This document shows, piece by piece, positions 36,777 to 46,632 of a DNA stretch of 64,000 nt (position 1 is the first letter of the stretch; the number at the start of each line of letters is the position of its first letter). Below the pieces are notes generated by a model that worked only from the letters and a program-made list of their open reading frames with translations, searched no databases and was not told the origin of the DNA. The translations under genes and the position numbers were made by a program. The stretch is from a virus (taxonomy: Duplodnaviria > Heunggongvirae > Uroviricota > Caudoviricetes): IMG/VR virus record IMGVR_UViG_3300013307_000015, one strand, 5' to 3'.

Positions 36777-37889
36777 TCACTGAGTATTGAACTGTGCATC
36801 CAGCGTCGTCTTCGCTTGGATCACGGGTTGGTAGTACTGATACGCTTGCTTATCGACCCACCATTCCAGCTCGTAGGTGTTCGGGTCGATGCGGGCATAG
36901 CCCATGTTGTTGAAGATGGGCAACAGCGCCATCGCTACCTTCGTGTACTTCGAGGAGCGCACGCTGTCATCCATGTTGGAATTGAACATCACAACCGTAC
37001 GATTAAACTCGTCGATTAAAATGTCATCCAAATAGGTCGCACCAAAGCAGCGGAAATTGATCGTGATCTGATCGTTCGATGCGTTCAGCGGACCTTGCTG
37101 GCTGTCGAAGTTAAACGCTGCACCCGTGGGGGAATTCAACGGGTATGAGGCACCCGTTGCTGCAATCTTCTGTACCTTCGTTTTCGACGAATCGAGTACC
37201 AGCCGGTAAATCCGGGTGTTGTAGTCGATTTCGTTCTGGAAAATCATCTGGGGATAAGGCACCAGCGTTCCTTCAAAAACTCCTGCCATATACTGGCACC
37301 AGTAAAAGAAGAACGAAGTAATCGGGTCACCAGGGATGTTCCGGAAGGTTGCTGTTAATTCATATGACCGCACGGCTTCCGCAATGTTGCCGTCGACAAA
37401 GCCAAACACTTCTTTATATAGCCCCTCGTGGGATTGGAACTCTTGGACCGAAATGTCAGGCCAGCCGTTGAGAGACAGCAGGAAGTTCGATAGTGGAGCG
37501 ATGAACGCCTGTTGAGGATCGACGAACGGCGACGTAATTCCGTTTTTTGCCTGCGTGTAATCCAGCAAGCAACGGATCACTCGGGGCAGGCTGTTCTGGT
37601 CGCTGCTGAGCAACGGCGTGAACAAGCGATGCGTCTGCAAGTTCGCCGTCGACATGTTCATCAACGGCCGTGTGAAGAAAGCAAGGCCGTAGTAATCTCG
37701 ATTGATCGGAATGGCGGGTGGCGTCTGACGGTGGTTGATACCGTAGAAGCTGCTGCCGATAGCTGTGCTGCTTGGGCTGATTTGCGAAAGCAGCTGAAGC
37801 TGATCAACATTGGCCGCCGCTGTTCCGAGGTTATTCTTCGACAGGATGTCGTCGATATTAACCGGTCCTGTGTTGTTAGAATCAGCCAT
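36777..37889 (-). CDS. Virion structural protein, possible tail-tube-initiator-like (gp88 position)
   Basis: 370 aa; FFYWCQYM...IDYNTRIYRLVLD...ATGASYP resembles the tube-protein pattern. Confidence 0.6.
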   Translation of the reverse strand: MADSNNTGPVNIDDILSKNNLGTAAANVDQLQLLSQISPSSTAIGSSFYGINHRQTPPAIPINRDYYGLAFFTRPLMNMSTANLQTHRLFTPLLSSDQNSLPRVIRCLLDYTQAKNGITSPFVDPQQAFIAPLSNFLLSLNGWPDISVQEFQSHEGLYKEVFGFVDGNIAEAVRSYELTATFRNIPGDPITSFFFYWCQYMAGVFEGTLVPYPQMIFQNEIDYNTRIYRLVLDSSKTKVQKIAATGASYPLNSPTGAAFNFDSQQGPLNASNDQITINFRCFGATYLDDILIDEFNRTVVMFNSNMDDSVRSSKYTKVAMALLPIFNNMGYARIDPNTYELEWWVDKQAYQYYQPVIQAKTTLDAQFNTQ

Positions 37890-37922
37890 TTAAAAACCTC
37901 TAGTGCAAGAAGGAATGATTCG

Positions 37923-39089
37923 ATGAATTCGATCAGAGAAGCCGCAGCGGGTGTCGGCCTGAACAACATCCACGAAATCGTCGATCTGTGGCAAGCCGGC
38001 AAGGCGGAATCGCTGATCGACTACACACGCGTCACTCGTGTCGAACCCATTGTGCTGTTGGACAATGCGGTGCTTTTCAATGACCTCACACCGGAGGTCA
38101 TGCAATCGTTGCTGAACACGTTCGCAGGTTACTACCTGCAAGCCGTGGCAATCTCGGCGATGGTTGGCAAGATCAACATCATCCGCCACCTCGACAAGCT
38201 GAACCCGAGCCGCAATCCTGTCGATTCGGGAGCCTATGGCGTCTTCGCCGAGAAGCTCGGCGGCCGGCTGTTTGCGCAGGAAAACTACAAGTTCCGTCTG
38301 CCGCGTCTGACCGATCAAGTCGCGCTCGAATCCATCGATCGCTACGACCTGCTGCCCGTTAGCGGCGGCACCACGATCGCGCTGGAAGACGACAACAAAG
38401 AAAAGCGCACCGGCTTTGCAGCAGGCAAGGAATCGATCCAGTCCGTCAAGGAACTGTCGAACCTGTCGGTTGGCAAACTGCTGTCGGTCGAGATCACGGA
38501 CGGTCAGCACAAGGCTGAGATTCCGGTTGCGATTCGCCTCATGGCTGCGTCGCTTCCGAGTCAGACGGTGGCTCATATCTTGTCGCTTGGCAAGAAGGAC
38601 ACCTCCGTCATGGCCCGCTGGCACGGCTGGCGCTCGGGGCGTCTTGCGTTCTGGAAAGATCTGGTGATGTGCAACGACCTGATCGAAGACCACCGCAACG
38701 CCCTCATGCACGACAAGGACGGTCTGTACCGTCAGATCGTGGCGCGCAAGTCGAAGAACCGCTTCGCTGGCATCCTGTCGGGCAATCCGTCGGTAGCCAC
38801 GGCTTCGAACATGGCGGTGATCACCAAGGAGACCGCCGACAAGATCGAACTGGAAACCGTGGGTACGCTCAACGACTTCCGTACGCGTCAGAAGCTGTTC
38901 GAGCCGACTTCGCTCATGATCCTCGTGGTGATCAACCCCGACTACGATCGTGCGACGTTCTACTATCGCGGCATCGCCGAGAAGACGGACGTCTCGATGC
39001 GCGACTTGAAGGCAGCCAACAAGGGAAGCGGGCCCGACGTGGCCGACATCCTGCGCGCCTTCACCCAAGGTCACGCACCGTCGCTGTAA
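37923..39089 (+). CDS. Virion head/inner-body protein (gp89 position)
   Basis: Start moved to ATG 37923 behind AAGGA; ALE sites (VALESI, IALEDD). Confidence 0.7.
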   Translation: MNSIREAAAGVGLNNIHEIVDLWQAGKAESLIDYTRVTRVEPIVLLDNAVLFNDLTPEVMQSLLNTFAGYYLQAVAISAMVGKINIIRHLDKLNPSRNPVDSGAYGVFAEKLGGRLFAQENYKFRLPRLTDQVALESIDRYDLLPVSGGTTIALEDDNKEKRTGFAAGKESIQSVKELSNLSVGKLLSVEITDGQHKAEIPVAIRLMAASLPSQTVAHILSLGKKDTSVMARWHGWRSGRLAFWKDLVMCNDLIEDHRNALMHDKDGLYRQIVARKSKNRFAGILSGNPSVATASNMAVITKETADKIELETVGTLNDFRTRQKLFEPTSLMILVVINPDYDRATFYYRGIAEKTDVSMRDLKAANKGSGPDVADILRAFTQGHAPSL

Positions 39090-39096
39090 GTCTACG

Positions 39097-39117
39097 GGGG
39101 AGGTTTCAAACCTCCCC
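39097..39117 (+). terminator. Hairpin
   Basis: GGGGAGGTTT-C-AAACCTCCCC. Confidence 0.55.
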
Positions 39118-39150
39118 TCCTCATTCCTCTCTTTCAAGACTAGAAACGTC

Positions 39151-40068
39151 ATGAAGATCCCATCGTTCCTCGCCTCGCTGTTGCCGACCTTCTCGAAGGA
39201 CCGCATCATCGAGGACATCAATGTCACGCGCGGTGAAATCACCGAATACACGCAGCGGGCTTACTCGCTGGCTGCTCAGGACTGGAAGAACCACAAGTTC
39301 AAGTCCGAGCAGATGAAGCCGTTCCTCGGCACGTTCGAGCGCCACCTCAAGGGTCACGGCAACTTCATCGTCAACATCGACGGCGGCTTCAAGAACATGC
39401 TCGCCAATCTCGACGAAACGAAGAAGCTCGTCGAGGCGACGTACAACGAAGACGTCGGCGGTGCAGGTATCACGTATCTGAAGGCAAACCTGCTTCAGTT
39501 TGTCGAGCTGGTCGGCTTCGTGTCGAAGTACGCTCGGCAGCTGCTCATCTACACGTATGCCGCCGAAACCGACGGCCAAGAAGGCTCGGGCATTTCGTTC
39601 AACGAATCGATCCCACCTGCGCAGCGTGACTGGCTCAAGGTCAACATGCAGAACTTCTACGTCGCCTTCAACATTGCGACGGTCAGTCCGGAAGAGTTCA
39701 AGCGCAAGATCAAGGACATCCCGGACATCGTGGTCAAGCCCGAAGCAGGCGAAGCGCTGTCGGCTGCCATCGGCGACAAGAAGCTCGATCCGTTCAACAT
39801 GAAGTTGATCCCGGTCTGGCTGAACCCGATCTATCACGTGCGCATGTTCGTCGCACAGTGGCAGACCGAGCGCTACCATCAGGCGAAGCTGGAGCTGCAA
39901 CTGCTGCAACTGCACAAGCTCCATCTGGAGAAGGTGCGTGCTGGCAAGAGCGATGCGGTGCTCGAAAAGCAGATCGAGTACACGCAGAACCAGATCAGCA
40001 AGCTGTCTTCGAAGATCCGTGACATGGAAGAAGAAGCCGGCATGCACCAGCAAGGGGTAGCGGCATGA
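39151..40068 (+). CDS. Virion inner-body protein (gp90 position)
   Basis: 305 aa, strong codon bias, C-terminal coiled coil. Confidence 0.65.
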   Translation: MKIPSFLASLLPTFSKDRIIEDINVTRGEITEYTQRAYSLAAQDWKNHKFKSEQMKPFLGTFERHLKGHGNFIVNIDGGFKNMLANLDETKKLVEATYNEDVGGAGITYLKANLLQFVELVGFVSKYARQLLIYTYAAETDGQEGSGISFNESIPPAQRDWLKVNMQNFYVAFNIATVSPEEFKRKIKDIPDIVVKPEAGEALSAAIGDKKLDPFNMKLIPVWLNPIYHVRMFVAQWQTERYHQAKLELQLLQLHKLHLEKVRAGKSDAVLEKQIEYTQNQISKLSSKIRDMEEEAGMHQQGVAA

Positions 40069-40673
40069 GCGACTTTCAGCTGAAGATCTATCCACGCGGC
40101 TTTCTTGGCAAGCCGCTGGAGGCGCAGTTGAAGTTGAAATCTCGTCCGTTCGAGTCGCGTCTGAACGCACTCGCCGTACGGGTGAACATCTTCACGCCGC
40201 AGGTGAATTCCGTGGATGCCAGCCCGACAGTGGAAACATTGTATGGTCAGTGGATCAACCGGCATCCCGAAACCACTTCTTTCGATTTTCGAAAGAAGGT
40301 GATGATCGCCGCGCTCGATGCGTTCGGCACCGACAACTTCTATGAGTGGTTTGTCGCGCAGCACGCCTCCCCGGCGTTCGGTGATCTTCACAAACGTTTT
40401 CTGGAAGACACGCTGTACTTCCTGCAAAACGGGCGTCGCGAAATTGATTTGACGACGTGGACCTCTTTGATCACGGTAAGCGATTCGGGCGAGCGATCGT
40501 CCGAGCTGACCAACGAGGTCAAGGAGTTCTTCGGTATTCCGGATGGCGACCATCAGTGGCGTCGCAGTCAGAATCGTCAACTCACCGAAGTGGTGCAAAA
40601 ATGGTTGACGCACGCGCGAGGTTTCGATGACCTCGTGGGATCGCTTCATCTTCTGTTCGGGAATTTGACCTGA
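40065..40673 (+). CDS. Putative virion protein (gp91 position)
   Basis: 202 aa, ATGA overlap with the previous gene. Confidence 0.6.
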   Translation: MSDFQLKIYPRGFLGKPLEAQLKLKSRPFESRLNALAVRVNIFTPQVNSVDASPTVETLYGQWINRHPETTSFDFRKKVMIAALDAFGTDNFYEWFVAQHASPAFGDLHKRFLEDTLYFLQNGRREIDLTTWTSLITVSDSGERSSELTNEVKEFFGIPDGDHQWRRSQNRQLTEVVQKWLTHARGFDDLVGSLHLLFGNLT

Positions 40674-40801
40674 AGTTACCGTGGTTTTCTTTTAGATACT
40701 ATAGTGACTTGAGGACACCTCGATCAGTCATGAAAAGGTAGTATCCGCGCGGGTACCTACTGGTAGTTAAACTTCTTACCTATTGCAATAGGAGCTTCAA
40801 C

Positions 40802-42124
40802 ATGCGACGCATGCACGGTGGCCTGGTGGCCGCAATGGAAAACGAAAAACTCAAGACCGGCGAAGGCGAAGGCGAAAAGGAGCTGCCGGATCACGCGGAC
40901 TCGCTCGAAACCGACGTCGCGGAAATCAACGAAGACTCGGCTGAAGGCGAAGCGCATCAAGCAGCAACCGACGAAGCGGAAGACACCGCTGCGGCACTCG
41001 AAAGCTTCATCGTCGCGCTGGAAGGCTTCCAGACCGACGGCGGCCTCGACGCCAAGGGCGCGATGCTGCTGCATCTGTCCGTCGAGCACCTGCTGAACCG
41101 CGTCGGTTCGTCGACCGCCGCGATGGCGATCCCGTCGATGGAAAACTTCGGCGGCACGGGCAGCCGCACGCAAGCCGGCGTCATCGCGCTGGAAAACCTG
41201 CGCGAAGAACTCGGCAAGATCTGGAAGGCGATCGTCGAAGCGATCAAGAAGGCAGCTGCCTGGGTCGCCGGCTACTGGATGAAGGTTTTCGGCGCGGCCG
41301 AGAACGTCATCAAGCGTGCCAAGGGCCTCGAAGAGCGCGCTCGCCAGACGACCGGTCAGGCGAAGAACAAGGAAATCGAAGACAGCGGCATCGCTGCCAA
41401 GATCTTCACGAACGGCGGCGCTTCGGTGGCCTCGGGTCTGGCTGTGCTGAAGGAAGTCACCGGTGCGATCGTCACGCGCGGCGCGGAACACAGCGGCGAA
41501 GTCGGCAAGAAGGCCGTCGAAGCCGTGAAGGCGCTGGACGCGAAGACCCGGCCGGAAATCCTGAAGCTGTGCGAACCGATCCCCGGTTCGGAAAAGCTCG
41601 CCGATCCGCAAGCGAAGGGCATCGCGGCTGCACCGGAAGGTCTGGCCGTGTACGGCACGAAGGAACTGCCGGGCAACTACGCCGTGATCAGCTGGGTGCC
41701 GGCCGGCGAGAAGGCCAGCCTGACCGACAAGACGAAGCAACTGTCGGGCGTCGCGTACAAGACCGTCCAGATCAACAAGGGCGCGAAGGCCGACGGCAAA
41801 CTGGCAGTGCTCAGCCAAGCCGACGCTGGCTCGATCTGCAAGCAGGTCGTGGCGATCGCCGAAGAGCTGCTCGCATTCCGCAAGAACAGCTCGGCTCTGG
41901 CCGCTGTCCAGAAGGAACTGGCTGCCGCTGCTGAAGGCGTCGCTGCCAAGGCCGGCGAAGAAGCCGACGAAGGCAAGCGCGAGCAACTGTCGGCCGTGAA
42001 GTCGATCGCAACCGCTGCGAACCGCCTGCTCGTCGAGCCGGGCGCATCGTTCAGCAAGGTCGCCATCCAGGCACTCGAAGCCTACCTGCACCTCGTCGAG
42101 AAGTCGCTGAAGCAGTACGCGTAA
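40802..42124 (+). CDS. Internal head protein, gp93-97 paralog family
   Basis: Acidic propeptide with AME/ALE/SME sites, then amphipathic IWKAIVEAIKKAAAWV helix; very strong codon bias. Confidence 0.75.
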   Translation: MRRMHGGLVAAMENEKLKTGEGEGEKELPDHADSLETDVAEINEDSAEGEAHQAATDEAEDTAAALESFIVALEGFQTDGGLDAKGAMLLHLSVEHLLNRVGSSTAAMAIPSMENFGGTGSRTQAGVIALENLREELGKIWKAIVEAIKKAAAWVAGYWMKVFGAAENVIKRAKGLEERARQTTGQAKNKEIEDSGIAAKIFTNGGASVASGLAVLKEVTGAIVTRGAEHSGEVGKKAVEAVKALDAKTRPEILKLCEPIPGSEKLADPQAKGIAAAPEGLAVYGTKELPGNYAVISWVPAGEKASLTDKTKQLSGVAYKTVQINKGAKADGKLAVLSQADAGSICKQVVAIAEELLAFRKNSSALAAVQKELAAAAEGVAAKAGEEADEGKREQLSAVKSIATAANRLLVEPGASFSKVAIQALEAYLHLVEKSLKQYA

Positions 42125-42135
42125 GCGTTCGGCTG

Positions 42136-42200
42136 CGGCATAGTTGGAGATACCCCCTACTCTTCGGAGCGGGAGGTATCTCCTTCTTTCCCCTTTTTTA
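42136..42200 (+). terminator. Intrinsic terminator with CGGCATAG flank
   Basis: GGAGATACC...CTC-TTCG-GAG...GGTATCTCC followed by TTCTTTCCCCTTTTTT. Confidence 0.75.
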
Positions 42201-42215
42201 AAGGTACCAAGAATC

Positions 42216-43556
42216 ATGCGTCGATTTCTGAATGTCGCCATGGAGGAGTTCAAGGGTGAACCCCTCGGCGACGAAAACCTCTCGATGGAAGAAGAGGCCA
42301 TCATGCTGGACGAGTCCAGCCAATGTGCCGCTGAAGCCGATCAAGACCTGAAGGAAGCCGAGCGCATCGTCGAAGTGGCCAACGCTCTCGAAGACCTGGC
42401 TGTCAAGGCCGGTTCGACCGAAGAGCTGTCGGACAACGAAGCGGCGATCCTCGAAAGCGCTGGTGACATGGCTGTCGCCGGCACGGACATCGCCCCGGAA
42501 GAAATCGTTCCGGCGATGGAATCGTTCCGCGATGCGGAATCGGGCAAGATCAGCGGCAAGCTCGCGATGGAGAACTTCCGCGAGAAGGCCGAGCGCCTGT
42601 GGCAGAACATCAAGAAGGTCCTGAAGGAAATCTGGGAAAAGATCCAGGCGTTCTTTTACAAGATCTTCGGCACGATCCCGCGTCGCCGTCGCGCGCTGAA
42701 GGCACTGAGCGAGAAGGTCGAGTCCACGCACTCGATGACGCGTGAAAACGCGAAGTTCACGGTCGGTGGCAGCCGCTTCATGTTCGTCGGCGCGAACGCC
42801 GTCAAGACCGCCGGTGCGTACGAAAGCGCGCTGAAGGAATTCACGGCATCGGCCAAGTGGGTCTACGACGACTACGTCAGCCACCTGAAGTCCACCACCG
42901 ACATCATCGCCAAGGCGCTGGAAGGCTTCGACGTCGAGAAGCCGGCAGAAGCCACGAAGGCAGTCGCGCAAGCGGTGCAAGGCCGCGTCGCGAAGATCCC
43001 CGGTGCGCAAACCGTCTCGGGCGGCACGCGCTGGTCGAACTTCGAAGTGGGTCGTGGTCACGAGCTGCTCGGCGGCCAGTCGCTGTTCGCACTGGCTCCG
43101 AAGAAGTCGGAAGGTTCGGGCGATCTCGCGATCCTCGACCACGCTCGTCAAGCCATGGTCCAGCTGGAGAAATCCAGCGAGAAGGCAGCCGCTGGCAACC
43201 AGTCGATCGAGTTCACGACGATGACGCAAGCAGAAATGATTGCGGCCATCAAGGAATGCGAGAAGCTGCTCGACCTGATGGAAGGCTATCAGCGCGGCAA
43301 GGCCAAGGGCGAAATCGAATCGGCCAAGAAGAAGATCTCGGCTGCGTCGGACAAGGCCGAGAAGGCAGGCGAGTCGAAGCGCAACGGCGGCGAAGAAGAG
43401 CGTGCAGCAGTGCCGCACTTCCGCGCACTGGTGAACTTCAACGTCGCACTGGCTCGCTGGGTCGAAAGCCCGACCATCCAGTTCACGAAGCTGGCATTCG
43501 GCGTCATCAACCAGACGGAAGTGCTGGTGTCGCGCAGCTGCGCGCAGTACAAGTAA
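42216..43556 (+). CDS. Internal head protein, gp93-97 paralog family
   Basis: Start moved to 42216; AME/SME/ALE sites; LWQNIKKVLKEIWEKI helix paralogous to 40802. Confidence 0.75.
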   Translation: MRRFLNVAMEEFKGEPLGDENLSMEEEAIMLDESSQCAAEADQDLKEAERIVEVANALEDLAVKAGSTEELSDNEAAILESAGDMAVAGTDIAPEEIVPAMESFRDAESGKISGKLAMENFREKAERLWQNIKKVLKEIWEKIQAFFYKIFGTIPRRRRALKALSEKVESTHSMTRENAKFTVGGSRFMFVGANAVKTAGAYESALKEFTASAKWVYDDYVSHLKSTTDIIAKALEGFDVEKPAEATKAVAQAVQGRVAKIPGAQTVSGGTRWSNFEVGRGHELLGGQSLFALAPKKSEGSGDLAILDHARQAMVQLEKSSEKAAAGNQSIEFTTMTQAEMIAAIKECEKLLDLMEGYQRGKAKGEIESAKKKISAASDKAEKAGESKRNGGEEERAAVPHFRALVNFNVALARWVESPTIQFTKLAFGVINQTEVLVSRSCAQYK

Positions 43557-43585
43557 TCGACTACCCGTCGAGTACGTCGTACCCG

Positions 43586-43630
43586 AAAGACTCGGCGGGG
43601 GATCTCCTCGCCGAGTCTTTTTATGCCGTC
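43586..43630 (+). terminator. Hairpin plus TTTTTATGCCGTC
   Basis: AAAGACTCGGCG...CGCCGAGTCTTT-TTATGCCGTC. Confidence 0.85.
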
Positions 43631-43681
43631 GAGTAGAAAGAAACGAATTTTATGAAAATTCATCTCAAGAAGGCTTAAACC

Positions 43682-45235
43682 ATGCCGCAGATCCAATGGC
43701 CCATCTCTGATCTGGATCAAACCGTCACGCGTCCGGTCGTGGTGGACATGATCCAAGAAATGAAGAAGTTCACCGACATCCCGGATGAAGTCCCGCTGTT
43801 CTATCCGGGGCCTGGTGGTAAAACGTTTCAACCCGGCAGCAGTTTGGAGAAAGACGGCAAGACCAATCAGGTGCGCGGTTCGTTCTACAATCAGCTCTCC
43901 ATCGAAGTGGATGAGCAGTACGAACACGATTCGTTCCTGACGACGCCGGTAGAGCACCCGGAGCATTTGTTTGTCTTTCGAGACGACTATCTGAATCTGT
44001 ACATCAAGCCGGCTTATTCGGCGATTGATGTGACGATCAATCTGAAGTTTCGTGCTCGGGATAAGACCACGGCAGAGCGCTGGCGTGACCAGCTGAAGAT
44101 GAAGATCGGACGTGGCCATCTCGTGAATCTGCATGACGTCACGTATAGCTATTTCATCCCGCCTGCGATGCTTGCGATTTTGCAAGAGATTCATCGCCTG
44201 CGGGAGAACGTAGCGGGGTATGGTGAAGACTGGTCGACGTATTTTGAAAAGACGGTGACGGGCAAGTTTAGCATCGTCACGGATCAGGCAGGCAAGAACC
44301 AAGCATACACCATCAGCGAGACGCAGATGCGGGTGCAAGGGTTCTGGGATTTTGACGGCGCACCTGAAAAGGGTGGCCATGAGGATGGGGGCGAGACGTG
44401 GACGATTGCTGCTGCGTATAAGTTCCGCTACCATCGTCCTGAAATCTGCTACATGAAGTACCCGTTGATGGTACACAATCAACTGCTCGATCAGAAGTGG
44501 CGTCCGACGGGCACCAACTACGAAGTCGAGAAGCAAGAGCGTGTCTATCAATGGAGTACGGGTGCATTTCGTCACTTCGAGAAGAACTACGAACTCGATA
44601 AGATCGCCAAGTACGAAGGTGTCTTCGTACCGGATTTTGACGAATGGATGCCGGATCAAGTCTGGCCGTTCACCCGTCGACTCATCTCGATCATGTTGCA
44701 GATCAATACGGCCAATCCGACCTATCTGGCCAAGTTGCCCGATGACATGGATCCGTACACGATGGAGCCCGAAGTCTTGGCCTTCATGTACAAGGAAGCA
44801 GCGTACCTGATGACGCCGCGCAATTCGATCTTCAACGTCGCCCTCTACCAAGGCACGACGCTGTTGCCGACTACGAGTGCAACGGTGGATGCGCAGCTGA
44901 ATGTGATCTCGACCTTCCAGCCGGATCTGCGTCAGGATTACCACGTGCGCCTGTCGGTTTTCTATGACATCAACCAGTTGACACCGGATGCGAAACGTCG
45001 ACTGCAAGAGAACTGTGGTGCTGCAATCAAGATCTTCGACTGGATCGATCCAACGTTGAAGTTGCGCAGAAAACTGCCGGCGTGCATCATGCCGGGCAAT
45101 TGGCTGCCTAAGCCTGACTTGCAGCAAGTCACCGATGACATCAACAAGGGCGTCATCTCCAAGGGCAATCAGCAGGTCTATGGCGTCATGAAGACCTTTG
45201 CGACTGCCTCCATCATCGCCCATCGAGGAAAATAA
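43682..45235 (+). CDS. Virion structural protein (gp98 position)
   Basis: 517 aa; synteny only. Confidence 0.65.
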   Translation: MPQIQWPISDLDQTVTRPVVVDMIQEMKKFTDIPDEVPLFYPGPGGKTFQPGSSLEKDGKTNQVRGSFYNQLSIEVDEQYEHDSFLTTPVEHPEHLFVFRDDYLNLYIKPAYSAIDVTINLKFRARDKTTAERWRDQLKMKIGRGHLVNLHDVTYSYFIPPAMLAILQEIHRLRENVAGYGEDWSTYFEKTVTGKFSIVTDQAGKNQAYTISETQMRVQGFWDFDGAPEKGGHEDGGETWTIAAAYKFRYHRPEICYMKYPLMVHNQLLDQKWRPTGTNYEVEKQERVYQWSTGAFRHFEKNYELDKIAKYEGVFVPDFDEWMPDQVWPFTRRLISIMLQINTANPTYLAKLPDDMDPYTMEPEVLAFMYKEAAYLMTPRNSIFNVALYQGTTLLPTTSATVDAQLNVISTFQPDLRQDYHVRLSVFYDINQLTPDAKRRLQENCGAAIKIFDWIDPTLKLRRKLPACIMPGNWLPKPDLQQVTDDINKGVISKGNQQVYGVMKTFATASIIAHRGK

Positions 45236-45236
45236 C

Positions 45237-46607
45237 ATGCCGCAAGTCGTTGTTCCGAAGCCGGATGCGCCGCCCGAGTTGCAACCGCATCCGCCACAGA
45301 TCACCTCCGATATGTATCGCGGGGTGACTGTCGATACGCGTTACGTCCCGACCAACTCGCTTTTGACGCACGTGGAAGGTTCGCCGATGACGGTGAACTA
45401 CTACGCTCAGGTGCTCGATCGCGATAGCGAGATCGCAGGTCAGAACCCGACGCGTAACCCGGTGCTCCAGCAGTACTACTACATCAAAGGGTTGGAGCTG
45501 CGTGTCACGCAGGACTTGCAATGGGTGCAGAACGAAGAGACCAAACAGTGGACTGCCACTGGCGCTGCTAACGTCTACCCGTTCCTCGTGCCCAATCAGG
45601 GTGACATGTTCCTGATGTCGCTGGCTGATGGTCGGGAAGGCATCATGCAGGTGACGGACTCCAAGCGGATGTCTGTCATGAAGGAAGCCATCCACGAGAT
45701 CTCGTACGAGTTCGTGGAGTTCTCCGATCAAGCACAGTACCGGCTTGCGGACCTGAACACCAAGGTCATCGAGCAGTACACGTACATGAAGGACTTCTTG
45801 CAGTACGGGCAAAACCCTGTACTGTTGGACGCCGATGCAGCGAATGTCGAAGAGCTGAAGTTGGCTTTCGACACAATTGCGCGTGAGTACTTTCAGGAGT
45901 TTCTCTCCAACGAGTTCAAGACGCTCATCATCCCCGGCCAAGCCTTCAGTACGTATGACCACTTCCTGACGAAGTTCATGTTGAAGTTCTGTACGACGCT
46001 GGATGCGCCGGAGATCCAATACTGTCGTCTGCTCAACACCGACGGCATGGACGACATGAAGACACCGACCCTCTGGGACATGTGTCTGCAACGCAATGTG
46101 ATGATCAAGCGTATGTTGAATGAACGCATGCGGATGACTTCCACGTTGTACTTCCCATCGGATCCGATGATGGAAGGCGTGCATCATTCCGGAATTCAGT
46201 ACATCGTCTTTCCGGAAAAGCCGCGTCAGTCGTGGGATGATGTGCGCAAGATGCGCGCACCGGTGACGCTGGCTTACTCGCTGACCCCGGTGCCGGGTAT
46301 CGTGGGTCGACTGGACGATTTGATCGAAGAGTCGAACCTCAAAGGTTTGCCGTATCCTGACTTGCCCCTCATCAAGGACGTGACGGTCGATGACTATTAC
46401 GTCTTCAGTGAGGCGTTCTACAAGCAGGACACACCCAACATGTCCAAACTGGAAGCTTCAGTGTGGGACATGCTCAATCGTAAAGCACTGAATCTGTCGT
46501 TGCTGGTGTTCTACACCCGGACATGGCAGACGTGGGGTGCGCTGGAGCGTTTCTACTACACGCCTTTTGTGTTGATGCTGATTCGCGCCCAGATCAAGTC
46601 AATCTGA
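45237..46607 (+). CDS. Virion structural protein (gp99 position)
   Basis: Start moved to 45237 behind GAGG; synteny only. Confidence 0.65.
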   Translation: MPQVVVPKPDAPPELQPHPPQITSDMYRGVTVDTRYVPTNSLLTHVEGSPMTVNYYAQVLDRDSEIAGQNPTRNPVLQQYYYIKGLELRVTQDLQWVQNEETKQWTATGAANVYPFLVPNQGDMFLMSLADGREGIMQVTDSKRMSVMKEAIHEISYEFVEFSDQAQYRLADLNTKVIEQYTYMKDFLQYGQNPVLLDADAANVEELKLAFDTIAREYFQEFLSNEFKTLIIPGQAFSTYDHFLTKFMLKFCTTLDAPEIQYCRLLNTDGMDDMKTPTLWDMCLQRNVMIKRMLNERMRMTSTLYFPSDPMMEGVHHSGIQYIVFPEKPRQSWDDVRKMRAPVTLAYSLTPVPGIVGRLDDLIEESNLKGLPYPDLPLIKDVTVDDYYVFSEAFYKQDTPNMSKLEASVWDMLNRKALNLSLLVFYTRTWQTWGALERFYYTPFVLMLIRAQIKSI

Positions 46608-46632
46608 AAACCAAAGAAAGTTGGAGTCAATC

